From assembly GCA_964016885.1 (NCBI GenBank), contig OZ024752.1, forward strand, positions 12,958,001 through 13,022,000: a DNA stretch of 64,000 bases. The letters run 5' to 3'. The stretch comes from Eledone cirrhosa. Taxonomy: Eukaryota. The notes under the pieces were generated by a model that saw nothing but the letters and a program-made list of their open reading frames with translations, was not told the DNA's origin and ran no database searches. Numbering within the stretch: the stretch's first letter is position 1; every line of letters begins with the position of its first letter. The translations under genes were made by a program, and so were the position numbers. Below, one piece after another: positions 1 to 64,000 of this stretch.

Positions 1-219
1 GAAGCGACTGAGAGTACAAGACTTACACCTGGATAGGACACCAGTCCATTGCAGGGTTAAACCCCCAGCTATAGCTGGTACTCATTTTCAGCTGATTATA
101 CTGGAGCAACGTTAAATGAAGTGTTTTGCTTAAGAACACAACACACTATCCAGGAATTGAACCCACGACATTATGATTGTAAGTCCAACACCCTTGCCAC
201 TAGGCCACTTGCCTCCACA
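1..219 (-). mobile_element. tRNA-derived CORE-type SINE family B (others ~4305-4507, 28105-28290, 38990-39177)
   Basis: Minus strand tggcctagtgg A-box, ggttcaattcc B-box, CORE-like cttaagcaaaacacttcatttaacgttgctccag. Confidence 0.7.
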
Positions 220-225
220 TGTATA

Positions 226-1218
226 TCATCATCATCATCATCATCATCGTTTAACGTCCGTGTTCCATGCTTGCATGGGTTTGGACGGGAGTTTTCCCAC
301 TTGAGGCAAGAGTGGTTGTCTTGCTCGCATAGGACTGTCTGGCGGGTTTTCTACAGTTGGATGCCCTTCCTAACACCAACCACATTTACAGTGTGGGGCT
401 GGGAGGTTTTTACTGTGTTGCCTACACGGCCACATTACAGCATGGACTGTCTGGCAGGTTTTCTACAGCTGGATGCCCTTCCTAACACCAACCAAATTTA
501 CAGTGTGGGACTGGGAGGTTTTTACCGTGTTGCCTACACGGTCACATTACAGCGTGGACTGTGTGTTTTTTTGTCGTGACACCTACACGATCTCATTTGT
601 TTCGGCCTGGATTTTGTGGCACCAACATAACTTTACATTGAAAGGGGCGGTGTGTTTAGGGGGTGGGGAGGTGGGATGGGGGTGTATTTTGTTAGAGATG
701 CCTACTGACTGTAGTAGGTTTTACTTTGTATTTAGGTAACGCGGGTCTTCTCTATTACTGAGTACCGCCAAAGCTCTCGGTCCAGTGACATTGTCTTGGA
801 GAGGTGTAAGTGTGTGAGGTCGGAATTTATCAGGTCGTCCCAGGTTTTTCTGGGTCTGCCTACTCCGTGGCTACCGTCTATCTTTATTGCCCTGCACTTT
901 GCTATACAGCTGTCGTCTTTCATGCGCATCACGTGTCCATACCAACGTAGCCTTCTCTCGAGTAAACAACATCTGATCCCTCTTATTTCTAATTTTTTCC
1001 TTAGTTTGTTTATGCTTTGCCGTTCGCGTATATTACTATTACACATCCAGCGGAGCATGCAAGCTTCGTTCCTCTCTAGTCTGCGTATATCCTCTGCACA
1101 CAATGCCCAGGTCTCACTGCCATGCAATATTGCTGTTCGTATGCAGGCATCATACAACCTGCCTTTCATTTTTAGGGAGAACCCTTTAGCGGCTAATAGT
1201 GGTATAAGCTCTCTGAAC
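226..1218 (-). mobile_element. RTE-clade LINE, 5'-truncated copy
   Basis: ORF 732-1169 (LHGSETW...RLRWYGHV...GRPRKTW), 3' UTR and (GAT)n tail; TA-rich flanks. Confidence 0.9.
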
Positions 1219-1435
1219 TATATATATATAACTAATAATAATAAAAAGAACAAAGTGTTAAATCTTCATTACATTTATTGAGGTGTGATGCGTGTTTCAC
1301 TGTTGATCAGCTCAAGGTTTGATCCGTATCGATCTGGCCCAACTCTGGATTCAAAAGCTCATCAGACTTTTGTTATGGTGAACCTACAGTAACTGGACGT
1401 TACAATCCCTGAACTATATATATATATGAAATGAT

Positions 1436-1764
1436 ATTAAATAAATGGAAACTATATTTATAAAACCATATTTATTTTATTATATATATTTCAAGGGTAC
1501 CAAGACACATTGATACGCTTTCATCAGATAAAATACAAAGTTTGTTTTATAAATAGAGACGTACCCATGAAAATCATACCTTATCGGTTGGAAATTCACT
1601 GTGAATTTCCAACCGATAAGGTATGATTTTCATGGGTACGTCTCTATTTATAAAACAAACTTTGTATTTTATCTGATGAAAGCGTATCAATGTGTCTTGG
1701 TACCCTTGAAATATATATAATAAAATAAATATGGTTTTATAAATATAGTTTCCATTTATTTAAT
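1436..1764. repeat. Perfect palindrome (164-bp arms, 1-nt loop at 1600) of a PLE-like terminal repeat; plus arm continues to ~1890
   Basis: Direct reverse-complement match; related fold-back copy at 46623-46950. Confidence 0.95.
1665..1727 (+). ncRNA. Hammerhead ribozyme motif (mirror copy on minus strand 1473-1535)
   Basis: tattttat CTGATGA aagcgtatcaa-tgtgtc-ttggtaccctt GAAA tatata TA ataaaata; 8-bp stem I. Confidence 0.8.
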
Positions 1765-1885
1765 CATCATCACCGTTTTACGTCCGTATCATTGAATATT
1801 TACTCCAGTAAACTGTTGAGTGCTCTAAATCAGTTATAAACATTTATATTTGTTGGACTTCCAACAAATTAAATACCCCTTCTAC

Positions 1886-1966
<81 letters not shown>

Positions 1967-2670
1967 CAATTAGAGAGAGTTAGTTGATTTAAAATCAGTC
2001 AACTTTTATACAACAGATATCAAGCACTCAACAATAAATGTTTATCTGGAGTTTTGTTATAATAATAACAAAAAAGACAGTTACTTTAGTCCATCCCTAT
2101 TTATTTTATTATACGTATTTCGAAAATGTATGACTTATGTATAACATAAGTTAAAACATGTTCTCTTCAGATAAAATCTACCAGAGATGTAGATATCATT
2201 TGATATGCAGGCGGTCAGACGAGCTGTTCAGTTCAGTGGCTAGCAAGCAAATGCCTGGAAAAAACCTCCACACAGAAGATATTGTATGAGTGGGAAAAAT
2301 ATTACAATTGGTGTTGGCATTTATGACCTGGCTAAAGTATGAGGTTACTGGATTGGTCAAATAGATCAAAAGAAAACAAGTATGGAGCGTTAGTCTATTT
2401 ATTTATCACTTATGTTAGATTAAATTAGATACTATATCGAAATTTTAGAAATTTATTCAAAGATGTTGAAGTTATACTGTAATTTAGTTATATTAGTTAT
2501 ATTAAAGAAAATTTAAAATTACTAATATATTACATTTGGGATTGCTTAAGGAAATCATTGAAATAATTACAATGAATAAAAGATTTATGTAATATCAGCA
2601 TCTTGATGTTATTCTCATATTGAATCTCCATCGTAACTACACACTACGAATGTAGAAAGCTTTCTCCTGC

Positions 2671-60257
<57,587 letters not shown>

Positions 60258-60339
60258 CTTCTGCAAAGAGAGAACATATCAATGACTGATTAACCAACTG
60301 ATTAAATAGTATTTATAAGACAATACAATGGTATTACAA

Positions 60340-60385
60340 GGAGGAGAAGAAGGCAAAGAAGAAGAAGGCAAAGAAGAAGAAGGCA

Positions 60386-60416
<31 letters not shown>

Positions 60417-60603
60417 AGAAAGTAAAGAAGAAGAAGAAGAAAGCAAAGAAGAAGAAGGCAAAGAAGAAGAAGAAGAAGAAGAAGAAGAAGAAGAAGAAGA
60501 AGAAGAAGAAGAAGAAGAAGAAGAAGAAGAAGAAGAAGAAGAAGAAGGCAAAGAAGAAGAAGAAGAAGAAGAAGAAGAAGAAGAAGAAGAAGAAGAAGAA
60601 GAA
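60340..60603. repeat. (GAA)n tract (another at 38904-38988)
   Basis: Direct reading. Confidence 0.95.
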
Positions 60604-60743
60604 TGACATAACTGATAAATTCTTCCTTGTTACATGAAATGTCTTATCCAGCAGACAGCTTATGTCAAGTTGTTCAAAAATGCTTTCCAAGTGTAACAAA
60701 CCAAATGGTAAGTAATCTCATGATTCATAGTTAATGTTATTTC

Positions 60744-61174
60744 TTAACCCTTTAGCATTTAAACCGGCCATATCCAGCCAGAATTCTCTTGCCTCTTTCT
60801 GTTCAAACTGGTTGTAACTGGCCACTCATACTGATGTTAAGGTATTGTTCTCAAAATAAATAATTGTTTCTACTTTTGGCACAAGGCCAGCAATTATCCC
60901 AGTGTATTACTGGTACTTTATTTTATCGACCCCGTAAGGATGAAAGGCAAAGTTAACCACGGCGGGATTTGAACTTAGATCATAAAGGGCCGTAACTCTT
61001 TGCTGCAAAGAGTGGCGTCCGACCCTCTACCGATACTGCCAATCCACCGCCCTTAAAATAAATAATATCAAAATCTCATAGCTTCAATATTATGTGAGTT
61101 AATTATGTGAGGTAAAATGTTTACCATAAAAATATAAAAGTAAATATAGAGTAATGTAAATGCTAAAGGGTTAA
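60744..61174. mobile_element. piggyBac-like TTAA MITE interrupted by a SINE; relatives ~57636-57864 and ~58558-59777
   Basis: TTAA|CCCTTTAGCATTTA ... TAAATGCTAAAGGG|TTAA. Confidence 0.75.
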
Positions 61175-62649
61175 AAATGACATTAAGAAAACCAGTTCCT
61201 GTATTTGAATTTCCAAGTCACACAGAGAAAACAATCTTTGTTTGGTCTATGATCAATAGTTTATTGAAGAAGAGATCAACTGAATGTAACATGATAGAAT
61301 CTTTGAACCAAGTTATTTCACATGGAGTACACAAGTACATATAGGCAGAGAATTGGCAGAGTCGTTAGAACATTGGAAAGAATGTCATTATGGCATTCGT
61401 TCTGCTTCTCTGCTCTTGGAGTTCAAATTTTGCTGAGATCAACTTCGCCTTTCATCCTTTCGAGGTTGATAAAAAAAGTACCAGTTTAGTACTGGGGCCG
61501 ATTCTTTCTCTATATCTCTTTCTCATTTCCTCTCTCTCTCCTTCTCTCACACACACACACACACAATTTCTATCTTTCTCTGGAAGAAATCTGCTGTACT
61601 CAGGTCTGGCAAGGAGATGGGCTCTGCCAGGCTTGAAATGCCAAGAAATGCTGTATGTCAATACATCACCCCTATGACTCTATAAGAAGTCACAGGATCA
61701 TACATACACAAGTACATACAAACAAGAGCAAGGCAAAAAGAGAGTTACTTATAGATTACAAACAATAAACCAATTGGATGCACTGATTGCATGGATTCCC
61801 TTGACTCTCTGTTGCCATCCAATTCTATTATTCACCATATTTGGCAAGTCAGAGGGATTGCAGTTAATGTTGTCACAAATCTGCTTAGCTAGTTGTCCTT
61901 TGCTAGTTCTTCTTGTGTAGGCTCCCACAAAAGAACTTCACTAAAATGTTGTCTTTATCTCTCCAGCAATGCCATACCAATCTGATTATGCTCTTTGATG
62001 ATGTCTGATATTGGACAGTTGCTCATTATCAAAATAACCAATAATTTGTCAAAGTTTAAAGTCTTTTGTACACATAATCTCTGAACTACATGTTACTTTA
62101 TATTGATTACAATTCATGGACCAACCTTTATTCATAAGACCCATTTTGTCTAAGTATTACATAATGGTTTCTGATTCAAGCACAAAGCCAGCAATACCAG
62201 CAATACCCAGTGCATTACTGGTACTTTATTTTATTGACCTCGTAATAATTGTTTCTACTTTTGGCACAAGGCCAGCAAATACCCAGTACATTACTGGTAC
62301 TTTATTTTATCGACCCCGTATGGATGAAAGGCAAAGTTAACCTCTGCGGGATTTGAACTCAGATGATAAAAGGACGTGTGGTTTCTGATTTAAGCACAAG
62401 ACCAGCAATTTTGGTGGGACGGGAAAGTTGATTAAATCGACCCCCCAATGCAATACTGGTGCTTTATTTATCAACCCCATAAAGATGAAAGGCAAAGTTA
62501 AACTTGGCAGGATTTGAACCCAGAACGTAAAGGGCCGTAACTTCATGCTTGTAAAGTGTGATGTCCGATGCCCAACCAATACTGCCAATCCACCACCCTA
62601 AGTGTCTAAGTATTAATAATGAGTTATAGTCCCCCACTACTTCCCACAT

Positions 62650-64000
62650 TCAACAGTCACATAAACCCTATAAAAATAGTCATAGTATTGAGACCCCACC
62701 TTCTACAGTCAAATAAACCCTGTAAAATATAGGCATGGTGTTGACACCCCACCTACAGTCACATAAACCCTGTAAAATATAGGCATGGTGTTGACAGCCC
62801 ACCTTCTACAGTCAAATAAACCCTGTAAAATATAGGCATGGTGTTGACACCCCACCTACAGTCACATAAACCCTGTAAAATATAGGCATGGTGTTGACAG
62901 CCCACCTTCTACAGTCACATAAACCCTGTAAAATATAGGCATGGTGTTGACAGCCCACCTTCTACAGTCACATAAACCCTGTAAAATATAGGCATGGTGT
63001 TGACAGCCCACCTTCTACAGTCAAATAAACCCTGTAAAATATAGGCATGGTGTTGACACCCCACCTACAGTCACATAAACCCTGTAAAATATAGGCATGG
63101 TGTTGACAGCCCACCTTCTACAGTCACATAAACCCTGTAAAATAGAGGCATGGTGTTGACACCCCACCTACAGTCACATAAACCCTGTAAAATATAGGCA
63201 TGGTGTTGACACCCCACCTACAGTCACATAAACCCTGTAAAATATAGGCATGGTGTTGACACCCCACCTACAGTCACATAAACCCTGTAAAATATAGGCA
63301 TGGTGTTGACAGCCCACCTTCTACAGTCACATAAACCCTGTAAAATATAGGCATGGTGTTGACAGCCCACCTTCTACAGTCACATAAACCCTGTAAAATA
63401 TAGGCATCGTGTTGACACCCCACCTACAGTCACATAAACCCTGTAAAATATAGGCATGGTGTTGACAGCCCACCTTCTACAGTCACATAAACCCTGTAAA
63501 ATATAGGCATGGTGTTGACAGCCCACCTTCTACAGTCACATAAACCCTGTAAAATATAGGCATGGTGTTGACAGCCCACCTTCTACAGTCACATAAACCC
63601 TGTAAAATATAGGCATGGTGTTGACAGCCCACCTTCTACAGTCAAATAAACCCTGTAAAATATAGGCATGGTGTTGACAGCCCACCTTCCACAGTCAAAT
63701 AAACCCTGTAAAATATAGGCATGGTGTTGACACCCCACCTACAGTCACATAAACCCTGTAAAATATAGGCATGGTGTTGACACCCCACCTACAGTCACAT
63801 AAACCCTGTAAAATATAGGCATGGTGTTGACAGCCCACCTTCTACAGTCACATAAACCCTGTAAAATATAGGCATGGTGTTGACACCCCACCTACAGTCA
63901 CATAAACCCTGTAAAATAGAGGCATGGTGTTGACACCCCACCTACAGTCACATAAACCCTGTAAAATATAGGCATGGTGTTGACAGCCCACCTTCTACAG
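62650..64000. repeat. 50/53-bp minisatellite, ~26 copies, running off the window end
   Basis: acagtcacataaaccctgtaaaatataggcatggtgttgaca(g/c)cccacct(tct). Confidence 0.95.

Noticed and set aside
1281-1372. Possible hammerhead on the minus strand (CTGATGA...GAAAcacgcaTC)
   Set aside because: Stem I only 2 bp and stem II does not close at GAAA; probably a decayed PLE terminus, so not called.
62650-64000. Regular arrays resembling CRISPR (also 25160-25933, 53755-54278)
   Set aside because: Head-to-tail tandem units without unique spacers, no cas genes, eukaryotic context.

Overview
AT-rich, repeat-saturated eukaryotic (metazoan) genomic DNA. The repeat content (RTE LINEs with (GAT)n tails, tRNA-derived SINEs, abundant (TA)n) suggests a coleoid cephalopod such as octopus; this is an inference. 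One host gene can be reconstructed by hand on the minus strand across about 57.6 kb. It has 11 coding exons with GT-AG sites and fully compatible phases and encodes a ~426-aa type I membrane protein: signal peptide, three Ig-like domains, a TM helix and a tyrosine-motif tail built from 16-47 nt micro-exons. The ORF track sees only pieces of it. The introns hold RTE LINEs (with a PHD-like Cys/His finger inside the RT), two Penelope-like elements (Naiad/Neptune-type and Nematis-type GIY-YIG), CR1, CRE and maT remnants, Helitron-, hAT- and piggyBac-type non-autonomous elements, SINEs and many minisatellites. The most striking non-coding pattern is about ten fold-back palindromes from at least five unrelated families. 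All sit in (TA)n, all have the same head-to-head geometry, and they carry full or partial hammerhead-ribozyme motifs. One family has a compensatory U3:A8 catalytic core.
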